From [Archangium] primigenium (GTDB taxonomy: Bacteria > Myxococcota > Myxococcia > Myxococcales > Myxococcaceae): 64,000 bases of DNA. Of this stretch, positions 30,260 through 38,790 are shown one piece after another; position 1 is the stretch's first letter; every line of letters starts with the position of its first letter. The DNA lies in assembly GCF_016904885.1 (NCBI RefSeq), contig NZ_JADWYI010000001.1, positions 7,433,224 through 7,497,223 on the forward strand, written 5' to 3'. The notes beneath the pieces were generated by a model that made no database searches, was not told the origin of the DNA, and saw nothing but the letters and a program-made list of their open reading frames with translations. A program made the position numbers and the translations under genes.

Positions 30260-30445
30260 CTCTCGCCTCCGTCAGAGGGGGTTCGTCGTGACGGGGGGCA
30301 ATGTGAGGGCAACACGGTGCTACGTCGAATTTCTCGCCTGTACTTTCCTGTAGCACGTGGAAGCACTCGGAAACTTGACGGGCCGCGCGCGCTGGTGCTT
30401 CGGCCTCGGGCGTGTCAGCGCCAAGGCTATGCTCCCGCGCAACGC

Positions 30446-31777
30446 ATGGCCTCTTCGACCCTGACCGTGGAACAAGTGCTCGCGCTCGCGCCGGATGCCT
30501 CGGCGGCGGCCGCGGGCCGGAAACTCGGCGCCGCGAGCCACTGGACGAATCCGGGCCGCGCCGCGCACGCGCTCTGGGGCGAGTGCCGGGGCAGTGCGCT
30601 GTACCAGGTGCGCGTCGACCTGGGAGACCTGTCCTCCAAGTGCTCGTGTCCGAGCCGCAAGTTTCCCTGCAAGCACGCCCTAGGGCTCCTGGTGCTCTTC
30701 GCCGGCGGCCACCTGCCCGAGGCCCCGCCGCCCGAGTGGGTCACCGAATGGCTGGAGCGCCGCGCCGCCTCGAGCGAGCGCAAGGAGAAGCGCAAGGCCA
30801 CGCTCGCCGAGGGCGCGCCCCCCGCCGACCCGCAGGCCCAGAGCCGCCGCGCGTCGGATCGCCAGGAGCGCGTGAGCCGGGGCCTGGAGGCGATGCGGGC
30901 CTGGATGGAGGACCTGGTGCGCATGGGCTTCGCCAGCCTGGAGCCGAACACGGACACGTGGAGCACCCAGGCGGCGCGGCTCGTGGATGCCCAGGCGCCG
31001 GGCATGGCCTCGCGGGTGCGGCGGCTCGCGGAGATTCCGGGCTCGGGTCCCGGCTGGCCCCGGCGCCTGCTGGACGCGCTGGGTCGGCTCGCGCTCGCCG
31101 CCGAGGCCTGGGGACGCCGGGACACGCTGCCCGCGCCGCTCCAGGAGGACCTGCGCACCCTGGTGGGCTTCTCCCTGCGCGAGGAGGAAGTCGAGGCCCG
31201 CGGCGAGCAGGTGCACGACACCTGGACCGTCCTGTCGCACGTGCAGGACGACGAGGAGCGCGTGCGCGTGCAGCGCACCTACTTGATGGGCACCACCACG
31301 GGCCGGATCGCGCTCGTGCTCCAGTTCGCGGCCGGGCGGGCCACCTTCACCGACAGCTTCCTGCCGGGCTCGGCGTTCGACGCGCGCTGCGTGTTCTGGC
31401 CGAGCGCGGTCCCCCGTCGCGCCAAGGTGCTCGAGCGGCGCGGCGAGGTCCACGCCTGGACGGGACCCCTGCCCACCCTGTCGATCGAGGACCTGGGCCA
31501 GCGCTTCGCCCAGGAGCTGTCCCAGAATCCCTTCCAGGACAGCACGCCGGTGCTGCTCGGTCCGGTCACGCCCCTGCGGGACGCGCACGCGCACTGGTGG
31601 CTGCGCGATGCCACGGGCGCGGCGGTGCGCCTGGCCGGAGAGAACCACTGGTCGCTGCTCGCGCTGTCCGGCGGTCAGCCGCTCGAGGTGTTCGGCGACT
31701 GGGACGGCGAGCGCCTGTGGCCCCTGGGCGCGCGCGTGGGGCAGCTCCTCCACCCCCTCCAGGGAGTCATGTCATGA
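30446..31777 (+). CDS. SWIM zinc-finger domain protein (first gene of the five-gene cluster)
   Basis: Start ATG 30446 (MASSTLTVEQVL). SWIM motif CSCPSRKFPCKH (CxCx6CxH). Long alpha-helical C-terminal region. The stop overlaps the next start as ATGA. Confidence 0.75.
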   Translation: MASSTLTVEQVLALAPDASAAAAGRKLGAASHWTNPGRAAHALWGECRGSALYQVRVDLGDLSSKCSCPSRKFPCKHALGLLVLFAGGHLPEAPPPEWVTEWLERRAASSERKEKRKATLAEGAPPADPQAQSRRASDRQERVSRGLEAMRAWMEDLVRMGFASLEPNTDTWSTQAARLVDAQAPGMASRVRRLAEIPGSGPGWPRRLLDALGRLALAAEAWGRRDTLPAPLQEDLRTLVGFSLREEEVEARGEQVHDTWTVLSHVQDDEERVRVQRTYLMGTTTGRIALVLQFAAGRATFTDSFLPGSAFDARCVFWPSAVPRRAKVLERRGEVHAWTGPLPTLSIEDLGQRFAQELSQNPFQDSTPVLLGPVTPLRDAHAHWWLRDATGAAVRLAGENHWSLLALSGGQPLEVFGDWDGERLWPLGARVGQLLHPLQGVMS

Positions 31778-33261
31778 GCGACGCCGACGTGCTGACCCAC
31801 CTCGCCTCGTTGGGCACCTCCCGCGCGCCCCAGGCCGATCCGCTCGACGGTCCGGAGGCCGCGGCGTTCCGCGCCCTCGAGGGCCAGTCGCTGGAGAAGC
31901 GGCTCCTGCTCGCCGCGGGCGTGCGCGCCATCACCCGGGCCGCGGGACAGCTCGCCGCCCGGCCCGAGGCCACCGAGCCGCCCGTGCCGCCGGAGACCCT
32001 GGAGGTCTGCCCGCCCCGCGTGAGCGCCCTGCTCCGGGAGTTGCTCGGAGGGGGCGACCCCGAGCGCGACGAGCTCCTGGCCGAGGTCTTCAAGCGCCTG
32101 GCCCGGGCCCGGCGCAGGCTGCCCCCGGAGTTGCTCGTCAGTGCCCTGAACCGGAGCAAGGGTCCCCTGCGCGCGAGCCTGGAGCCCGTGCTCGGGGAGC
32201 GGGGCCGCTGGCTCTCGCGCCTCGGTCCAGCGTGGCGGCCCTCCACGCCCTTGGAGGTCACCGAGGCCGAGCGTGTCTGGGCCGAGGGCACCTTCGACGC
32301 GCGACGCACGGCCCTGGAGGACATGCGACGGCTGGACCCGGCGCGCGCCCGCCAGTGGGTGATGGACACGTGGACGCAGGAGAAGGCCGAGCACCGGGCG
32401 CGCTTCCTCGCCTGTTTCGATCCGACCCTGTCGCCCGAGGACGAGCCCGCGCTGGAGCTGGGTCGGCAGGATCATCGCGCGCCCACGGTGCGTGAGGTGG
32501 CGCGCCACCTGCTCGCGCGGCTGCCCGGCTCGGCCTTCGCGCTGCGCATGCGCGAGCGGGCCCGGACCGTGCTGCTCTGGAATGGCACCACGCTGAGTGT
32601 GCGGCTGCCCGCCGCCTGGGATGCGGAGGCCGAGAAGGATGGCCTCGACAAGCCGCCCTCGGGCGTGGGCCAGAGCGAGCACTGGCTCACCCGGCTCCTG
32701 GAGTGTGTCCCGCTGCCGGAATGGGAGCGCGTCTTCCAGGCCCCGCCCCAGCGCATCGCCACCGAGGCCGCCCAGACGGACGACTTCGCCGCCCTCTCCG
32801 AGGGCTGGGCCCACGCCTTCCGGTTGGAGCCCTCGCTCGCGTGGGCCTCGGCGCTCCTGGACGTGTGGTCGGCGCAGCCCGCCCATCGGCTCACCGCCAC
32901 CCGCGCCCAGTCCCTGGCGCTCACCGTCTTCGAGCAACTGCCCGCCAGCGAGCGCACCGCGCACAGCCTGCGCCTGCTGCGCGGCACCGCCACCCTGCCC
33001 TGGCGGGAGCAGGCCCTGGCGCTGACCCCCGCGCCCTGGCCCCGGGAGCTGGGCATGGCGTGGCTCAACGCGCTGTACGACAACCCCAACACCGTGGGTC
33101 CGCTCTGGCGGGCCGTCCGGGCCCTGCCGCCCGAGTGTCTCCTCGCCGCGGCCAATGCTCCGCCCCCGCCGCTGCGGCTGTCCGCCTACCGTTCCGTCTT
33201 CGAGCGCTTCCAGCGGCTCGTCACCCTCTTTCGCATCCTCCACGAGGAGTTGAACCCGTGA
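31774..33261 (+). CDS. Helical-repeat protein of unknown function (DUF5691-like by architecture, name recalled not searched)
   Basis: 496 aa, Leu/Ala/Arg-rich alpha-helical repeats. ATG 31774 overlaps the SWIM stop (ATGA). GTG of the next gene overlaps its stop (GTGA). Confidence 0.55.
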   Translation: MSDADVLTHLASLGTSRAPQADPLDGPEAAAFRALEGQSLEKRLLLAAGVRAITRAAGQLAARPEATEPPVPPETLEVCPPRVSALLRELLGGGDPERDELLAEVFKRLARARRRLPPELLVSALNRSKGPLRASLEPVLGERGRWLSRLGPAWRPSTPLEVTEAERVWAEGTFDARRTALEDMRRLDPARARQWVMDTWTQEKAEHRARFLACFDPTLSPEDEPALELGRQDHRAPTVREVARHLLARLPGSAFALRMRERARTVLLWNGTTLSVRLPAAWDAEAEKDGLDKPPSGVGQSEHWLTRLLECVPLPEWERVFQAPPQRIATEAAQTDDFAALSEGWAHAFRLEPSLAWASALLDVWSAQPAHRLTATRAQSLALTVFEQLPASERTAHSLRLLRGTATLPWREQALALTPAPWPRELGMAWLNALYDNPNTVGPLWRAVRALPPECLLAAANAPPPPLRLSAYRSVFERFQRLVTLFRILHEELNP

Positions 33262-34343
33262 TCGCCTCCCCCGTTCTCCGCCAGCACGCCGAACACCAGT
33301 ACGCCGAGGAACTGGCCGCGCTCGCCCGGGTCGACGATCGGCCCCGGCCCCCGGGCTGGAAGCTGTCCCCGTGGGCCGTGCGCCTGTACCTGCTCGGAGG
33401 CACGCTCGCGGATGGCACCCCGGTGAGCGCCAAGTACATCGGCAACGCGCGGCTGGTGGAGATCGCCGTGGCCACGCTCGCCACCGACCGCGCCCTGCTG
33501 CTCTACGGCGTGCCGGGCACCGCCAAGTCCTGGCTGAGCGAGCACCTGGCGGCCGCCATCAGCGGGGACTCGACGCTGCTCGTGCAGGGGACGGCCGGCA
33601 CGGACGAGGCGGTGCTGCGCTATGGCTGGAACTACGCGCGGCTGCTCGCCGAGGGCCCCTCGGAGGGCGCCCTGGTGCCGAGCCCCGTGATGCGCGCCAT
33701 GCGCGAGGGCAAGCTCGCGCGCATCGAGGAGCTCACGCGCATGCCGAGCGAGGTGCAGGACGCGCTCATCACGCTCTTGAGCGAGAAGACGCTGCCCGTG
33801 CCGGAGCTGTCCAGCGAGGTGCAGGCCCGCGCGGGCTTCAACGTCATCGCCACGGCGAACAACCGGGACCGGGGCGTCAACGAGCTGTCGAGCGCGCTCT
33901 TGCGCCGCTTCAACACCGTGGTGCTGCCCACGCCCGACTCGCTGGAGCAGGAGGTGCGGATCGTCGAGAAGCGCGTGGCCGAGATGGGTCAGGCGCTCGC
34001 CCTGCCCGCGGAGAAGCCCGCCCTGGAGGAGATCCGCCGCGTGGTGACGCTGTTCCGCGAGCTGCGCGGGGGCGCCACGCTGGACGGGACGATGAAGCTC
34101 AAGACGCCCTCGGGCTCGCTGTCCACCGCCGAGGTCATCTCGGTGATGAACGGCGGGCTGGCCATGGCGGGCTACTACGGCGACGGCGTGCTGCGGGCGC
34201 CGGACCTGGCCGCGGGCCTCACCGGCGCCATCGTGAAGGATCCCGTGCAGGACCGGGTCGTGTGGCTCGAGTACCTCAAGACGGTGGTCAAGGAGCGCGA
34301 GGGGTGGAAGGACCTCTACCGCGCCTGCATGGAGGTGTTGTGA
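33258..34343 (+). CDS. MoxR-family AAA+ ATPase
   Basis: GTG start at 33258. Walker A GVPGTAKS, Walker B / sensor region KLARIEELTRMPSEVQDALITLLSEK. Typical MoxR length (~360 aa). Confidence 0.8.
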   Translation: MIASPVLRQHAEHQYAEELAALARVDDRPRPPGWKLSPWAVRLYLLGGTLADGTPVSAKYIGNARLVEIAVATLATDRALLLYGVPGTAKSWLSEHLAAAISGDSTLLVQGTAGTDEAVLRYGWNYARLLAEGPSEGALVPSPVMRAMREGKLARIEELTRMPSEVQDALITLLSEKTLPVPELSSEVQARAGFNVIATANNRDRGVNELSSALLRRFNTVVLPTPDSLEQEVRIVEKRVAEMGQALALPAEKPALEEIRRVVTLFRELRGGATLDGTMKLKTPSGSLSTAEVISVMNGGLAMAGYYGDGVLRAPDLAAGLTGAIVKDPVQDRVVWLEYLKTVVKEREGWKDLYRACMEVL

Positions 34344-36601
34344 GCGGTGGCGCGAGCACGGCGTCGGACGCCACGGTGCACGTGCTCGGGGTGCGGCACC
34401 ATGGCCCGGGCAGCGCGCGGGGCGTGCGGGCCGCGCTCGAGCAGCTCCAGCCGGACGTGGTGCTCATCGAGGGCCCCCCCGAGGCCGATGGCCTGCTCGC
34501 CCTCGCGGCCCACGCGGAGATGAAGCCGCCGGTGGCCCTGCTCGTCTACGCGGTGGAGGCGCCCGCGCGCGCCGTCTTCTACCCGTTCGCCGTCTTCTCG
34601 CCCGAGTGGCAGGCCCTCCAGTACGCGGTGGCGCGCGCCCTGCCCGTGCGCTTCATCGACCTGCCGCAGACGCACCAGCTCCTGCCCCCGGAGGAACTCG
34701 ACCCCGCGCCGGAGCCGACGGAGCCGGAGGACTCCCCTCGGAGGGATCCCCTCGGCGCGCTCGCGCGGGCGGCGGGGCACACGGACGGCGAGCGCTGGTG
34801 GGAGCACCTCATCGAGCAGCGCCAGGACGTGACGGGCGTCTTCGAGGCGGTGCTCGAGGCCATGAGCGCCCTGCGCGAGAACGAGTCGGCGCTGCCCGCC
34901 CGCGAGGCCCTGCGCGAGGCGTACATGCGCCGCTGCATCCGTCAGGCGAAGAAGGACGGCCACCAGCGGATCGCCGTCGTGTGTGGGGCCTGGCATGGAC
35001 CGGCGCTCGCCACGCCCCGGCCCGCGCGCGAGGACGATGCCCTGCTCAAGGGCCTGCCCAAGGCGAAGGTGGCCGCCACGTGGGTGCCCTGGACGTATGA
35101 CCGGCTGGGCTGGCGCAGCGGGTATGGCGCGGGCGTGGACTCTCCGGGCTGGTACGCGCACCTGTGGCTCACGCCCGAGCGGCCGGTGTCGACGTGGGCG
35201 GCGCGCATCGCCCACCTCCTGCGGGACGCGGGCATGGACGCCTCCTCCGCGAGTGTCATCGAGACGGTGCGACTTGCCGAGGCGCTGGCGGCGCTGCGCG
35301 AGCGCCACGTGGTGGGCCTGGACGAGCTGCGGGACGCGGCGCTCAGCGTGTTGTGCGAGGGAGACCCCACGCCGCTGCGGCTCATCCACGACAAGCTGGA
35401 GGTGGGCACGGGGCTGGGCGAGGTGCCCGCGGACGTGCCCTCCGTGCCGCTCGCGCGAGACCTCGCGGCCTGGCAGAAGACGCTGCGCCTGCCGCCCTCC
35501 GCGGAGAGCAAGCTCCTGGAGCTGGACCTGCGCAAGGCGCTGGACCGCGACCGCAGCCGGCTGCTCCACCGGCTGACCCTGCTCGACATCCCCTGGGGGG
35601 TGCTGGAGGAGAGCCAGAAGAAGACGACCGGCACGTTCCCCGAGACCTGGCGCATGCAATGGCAGCCCGTGCTGGCCGTGAACGTGGTCGAGGCCAGCCT
35701 GTTCGGCAACACGGTGGAGCTGGCGGCCGTGGGCCGGGTGGTGGCGCGCGCCGGCGAGGCCACGGAGCTCGGCACGCTCACCGACCTGCTCCTGGGCTCC
35801 CTGCCCGCGGAGCTGCCGCCCACGGCCATCGACACCGTGCTCCAGCACCTGCAAGCGCTCTCCAGTCGCTCGACGGACATCCTGGCGCTGATCGATGCCT
35901 ATCCCCAGCTCGCCAAGAGCCTCCGCCAGGGCACCGTCCGCGAGACGCCCACCGGGCCCATCCTCGCCATCGCCCATGGCCTCTTCGAGCGCATCATCAT
36001 CGGCCTGCCGGGCGCCTGTGTGTCGTTGGACGACGAGGCCGCGCTCCAGCGCCGCCAGCACCTGCGCACCATGCAGGAGGCCGTGAGACTGCTCGCGGAC
36101 AAGGAACGGGAGGCGGAATGGGCCCAGGCCCTGGAGGGGCTCGTGCATCGCGACGCCGTCCATGGGCTCGTGCGCGGCGCGGCGGTGCGACTGCGCCTGG
36201 AGCTGGGACGGGGACAGGACGCGGAGCTGGCCACCCTGGCCCAGCGCGCCCTCTCCCCGTCGGTCGCACCCAAGGACGCGGCGGCCTGGCTGGAGGGCCT
36301 CATCTCCGGCGATGCGCTGCTGCTGCTGCACCAGACCGGCCTGTGGGAGGCGCTCGACGGGTGGCTCCAGGGCCTGGCCCGGGAGTCCTTCGTCGAGCAG
36401 TTGCCGCTGATGCGGCGGGCCTTCTCCGGCTTCAAGGCGGCCGAGCGGCGCGACATGGCCGATCGGGTGCGGGACTTCTCGCCGTCCTCCACGGCCCGGC
36501 GGGAGGGCACCCCGCGGGAGACGCTGGATCCGAAGCGCGTGGCCCAGGTGTTGCCGGTGCTGTCCTCGTTGTTGGGAGTGAGGCTCGATGAAATCTCCTG
36601 A
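34340..36601 (+). CDS. Large (753 aa) protein of unknown function, DUF5682-like (name recalled not searched), conserved MoxR/vWA partner
   Basis: GTG 34340 overlaps the MoxR stop (GTGA). GC3-consistent frame. Mixed alpha/beta N-terminal half (HVLGVRHHGPGSARGVRAALE, VVCGAWHGPAL) and helical C-terminal half. The 1076-aa track ORF is an upstream frame extension. Confidence 0.55.
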   Translation: MSGGASTASDATVHVLGVRHHGPGSARGVRAALEQLQPDVVLIEGPPEADGLLALAAHAEMKPPVALLVYAVEAPARAVFYPFAVFSPEWQALQYAVARALPVRFIDLPQTHQLLPPEELDPAPEPTEPEDSPRRDPLGALARAAGHTDGERWWEHLIEQRQDVTGVFEAVLEAMSALRENESALPAREALREAYMRRCIRQAKKDGHQRIAVVCGAWHGPALATPRPAREDDALLKGLPKAKVAATWVPWTYDRLGWRSGYGAGVDSPGWYAHLWLTPERPVSTWAARIAHLLRDAGMDASSASVIETVRLAEALAALRERHVVGLDELRDAALSVLCEGDPTPLRLIHDKLEVGTGLGEVPADVPSVPLARDLAAWQKTLRLPPSAESKLLELDLRKALDRDRSRLLHRLTLLDIPWGVLEESQKKTTGTFPETWRMQWQPVLAVNVVEASLFGNTVELAAVGRVVARAGEATELGTLTDLLLGSLPAELPPTAIDTVLQHLQALSSRSTDILALIDAYPQLAKSLRQGTVRETPTGPILAIAHGLFERIIIGLPGACVSLDDEAALQRRQHLRTMQEAVRLLADKEREAEWAQALEGLVHRDAVHGLVRGAAVRLRLELGRGQDAELATLAQRALSPSVAPKDAAAWLEGLISGDALLLLHQTGLWEALDGWLQGLARESFVEQLPLMRRAFSGFKAAERRDMADRVRDFSPSSTARREGTPRETLDPKRVAQVLPVLSSLLGVRLDEIS

Positions 36602-37739
36602 AGAAGAGCGGCGGGAGCGCTGGCGGCTCGTGCTCGGAGAGCCCGCGCAGGAGCCCCTGGGCGTGCGGTTGGGAGACAACGAGCGGCGCATGGATCGCAC
36701 GCTCGAGGCGCTGTACGACGCCGAGCCCAAGGCGGGCCGCGAGGCCAGCATGCCCCACGTCTCGCGCTGGCTCGGGGACATCCGCGAGTACTTCCCCACA
36801 CCCGTCGTGCGCGTCATGCAGGGAGACGCGATCGCGCGGCTGGGGCTGCTCAAGATGCTGCAACAGCCGGAGGTCCTCGAGACCCTGGAGCCGGACGTGG
36901 AGCTGGTGGCCACGCTCTTGTCGTTCAGCCGGACCCTGCCCCAGAAGACGAAGGAGACGGCGCGTCGGGTGGTGCGCAAGGTGGTGGACGACCTGGAGCG
37001 GCGGCTGCGCGCGCCCACCGAGCGGGCCGTGCGGGGCGCCCTGTCCCGGGCCTCGCGCACGCGCCGTCCCCGCACGGCGGAGATCGACTGGGACCGGACG
37101 CTGCGCGCCAACCTGGGCAACTACCTGCCCGAGCGCAAATCCGTGGTGGTGGACACGCTCGTAGGCCATGGGCGCAAGCGCTCGAGCCTGCGCGACGTGG
37201 TGCTCTGCATCGACCAGAGTGGCTCCATGGCGACCTCGGTCGTCTACTCGAGCATCTTCGGCGCGGTGCTCGCCTCCCTGCGGGCGGTGACCACGCGCAT
37301 GGTCGTCTTCGACACGGCGGTGGCGGACCTGAGCGAGCACCTGTCGGATCCCGTGGAGCTGCTCTTCGGCACGCAGTTGGGCGGCGGCACGGACATCGCC
37401 AAGGCGCTCGCCTACTGTCAGCAAGTCATCACCCGACCGGCCCAGACCATCCTCGTGCTCATCACGGATCTCTTCGAGGGAGGCGACGCCCAGCGGATGC
37501 TCCAGCACGCCGCGTCGCTCGTGCACGGGGGCGTGACGGTCATCTGCCTCCTGGCGCTCAATGATCAAGGGACGCCCTCGCACGACCCCCAGCACGCCGC
37601 GCGGTTCGCGGCGCTCGGCATCCCCACCTTCGCCTGCACGCCGGACCTGTTCCCGGAGCTCATGGCGGCGGCGCTCCAGCGCCAGGATCTGACGGCCTGG
37701 GCCGCGCGGCGGGAGATTCAAGTGGCCCGCCCTGGATGA
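36588..37739 (+). CDS. von Willebrand factor A (vWA) domain protein with intact MIDAS
   Basis: ATG 36588 (GGGAGTGAGG ribosome-binding site) overlaps the previous gene by 14 nt. MIDAS DQSGSM...T(VVFDTAV)...D(ITDLFEGGD). CoxE-like vWA architecture. Confidence 0.8.
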   Translation: MKSPEEERRERWRLVLGEPAQEPLGVRLGDNERRMDRTLEALYDAEPKAGREASMPHVSRWLGDIREYFPTPVVRVMQGDAIARLGLLKMLQQPEVLETLEPDVELVATLLSFSRTLPQKTKETARRVVRKVVDDLERRLRAPTERAVRGALSRASRTRRPRTAEIDWDRTLRANLGNYLPERKSVVVDTLVGHGRKRSSLRDVVLCIDQSGSMATSVVYSSIFGAVLASLRAVTTRMVVFDTAVADLSEHLSDPVELLFGTQLGGGTDIAKALAYCQQVITRPAQTILVLITDLFEGGDAQRMLQHAASLVHGGVTVICLLALNDQGTPSHDPQHAARFAALGIPTFACTPDLFPELMAAALQRQDLTAWAARREIQVARPG

Positions 37740-37754
37740 GACAGGAGAGGGGGA

Positions 37755-37780
37755 GGCGGTTAGAGTCCGCCCGCTTTTCG
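37755..37780 (+). terminator. Candidate intrinsic terminator after the vWA gene
   Basis: GGCGG-ttagagt-CCGCC hairpin followed by the T-rich gcttttcgttcg. Confidence 0.35.
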
Positions 37781-37813
37781 TTCGTCCCCCTTTCATCCGA
37801 GGAAGACTCCCGC

Positions 37814-38314
37814 ATGAGCCAAGTGAAACTCTCGACGTCCAAGGGCGACATCGTCCTGGAGCTGGACTCCGCCAAGGCCCCGAAGACGGTCGCCAACTTC
37901 CTGGAGTACGTGAAGGCCGGTCACTACGACGGCACCATCTTCCACCGCGTCATCCCCCACTTCATGATCCAGGGCGGCGGCTTCGCGCCGGGCATGAAGC
38001 AGAAGCCCACCCGCGAGACCATCGAGAACGAGGCCGCCAACGGCCTGAAGAACGACACGTACACGGTGGCCATGGCGCGCACGTCCGCGCCCCACTCGGC
38101 CTCGGCGCAGTTCTTCATCAACGTGGCCGACAACGTCTTCCTCAACCACACCGCGCCCACGCAGCAAGGCTTCGGCTACGCCGTCTTCGGCAAGGTGGTG
38201 AAGGGCCAGGACGTCGTGGATCAGATCAAGGGCGTCCAGACGGGCAACAGCGGCATGCACCAGAACGTGCCGACCGAGGACGTGGTGATCACCAAGGCGG
38301 AAGTGATCGCCTAG
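37814..38314 (+). CDS. ppiB: Peptidyl-prolyl cis-trans isomerase, cyclophilin type
   Basis: 166 aa. Cyclophilin motifs [43 protein letters not shown]. Confidence 0.9.
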   Translation: MSQVKLSTSKGDIVLELDSAKAPKTVANFLEYVKAGHYDGTIFHRVIPHFMIQGGGFAPGMKQKPTRETIENEAANGLKNDTYTVAMARTSAPHSASAQFFINVADNVFLNHTAPTQQGFGYAVFGKVVKGQDVVDQIKGVQTGNSGMHQNVPTEDVVITKAEVIA

Positions 38315-38326
38315 GCGCTGGAAACA

Positions 38327-38378
38327 CCACGGGCACGGTGGGAGGCCTCCTGCGAAGCGTCCAACACCGTGCCCGTGG
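38327..38378. terminator. Bidirectional hairpin between convergent ppiB and rpmE
   Basis: Perfect 14-bp inverted repeat CCACGGGCACGGTG (38327-38340) / CACCGTGCCCGTGG (38365-38378). The loop contains a nested palindrome GGAGGCCTCC. Confidence 0.55.
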
Positions 38379-38396
38379 GGAACCGCGTGACCGCTG

Positions 38397-38669
38397 TTAC
38401 TGCTTGGCGGCCTTCTCGGCCTCGGCCTTCTCGGCCTCGCCCGCCGCGGCGGCCAGACCGCCGATGGCGGCCTTGGCGCCGTACTTCTTGCGGAACTTGT
38501 CCACGCGGCCCGCGGTGTCGAGCAGCTTGTACTTGCCCGTGAAGAAGGGGTGGCAGTTCGAGCAGACTTCCACGGCGAACGAGCCGCGCGTGGACTTGGT
38601 CTCGACGACGCTCCCACACGCACAGGTGATGCGGGAGGGCGGGTACATCGGGTGCAGATCGGCCTTCAT
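38397..38669 (-). CDS. rpmE: 50S ribosomal protein L31
   Basis: [26 protein letters not shown]... with the zinc-ribbon CxC / CxxC...C arrangement. AGGAG ribosome-binding site 6 nt upstream. Confidence 0.9.
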   Translation of the reverse strand: MKADLHPMYPPSRITCACGSVVETKSTRGSFAVEVCSNCHPFFTGKYKLLDTAGRVDKFRKKYGAKAAIGGLAAAAGEAEKAEAEKAAKQ

Positions 38670-38790
38670 GTTCGACTCCTGCGCCTTGCCCCCACGGCGA
38701 GGTGGGAGGTCTGGCGTTCTAAAGGTAGGTCGGCGCTTATAACGGCGCACCGGCCTGGGCACAAGACCCGAGACCGGGCCCTGCTTCCAT

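Noticed and set aside
30412-33261. 949-aa and 1076-aa (33371-36601) plus-strand ORFs in the five-gene cluster
   Set aside because: These frames run across several genes. The real genes start at internal ATG/GTG codons that overlap the preceding stops (31774, 33258, 34340). The upstream extensions have no GC3 support.
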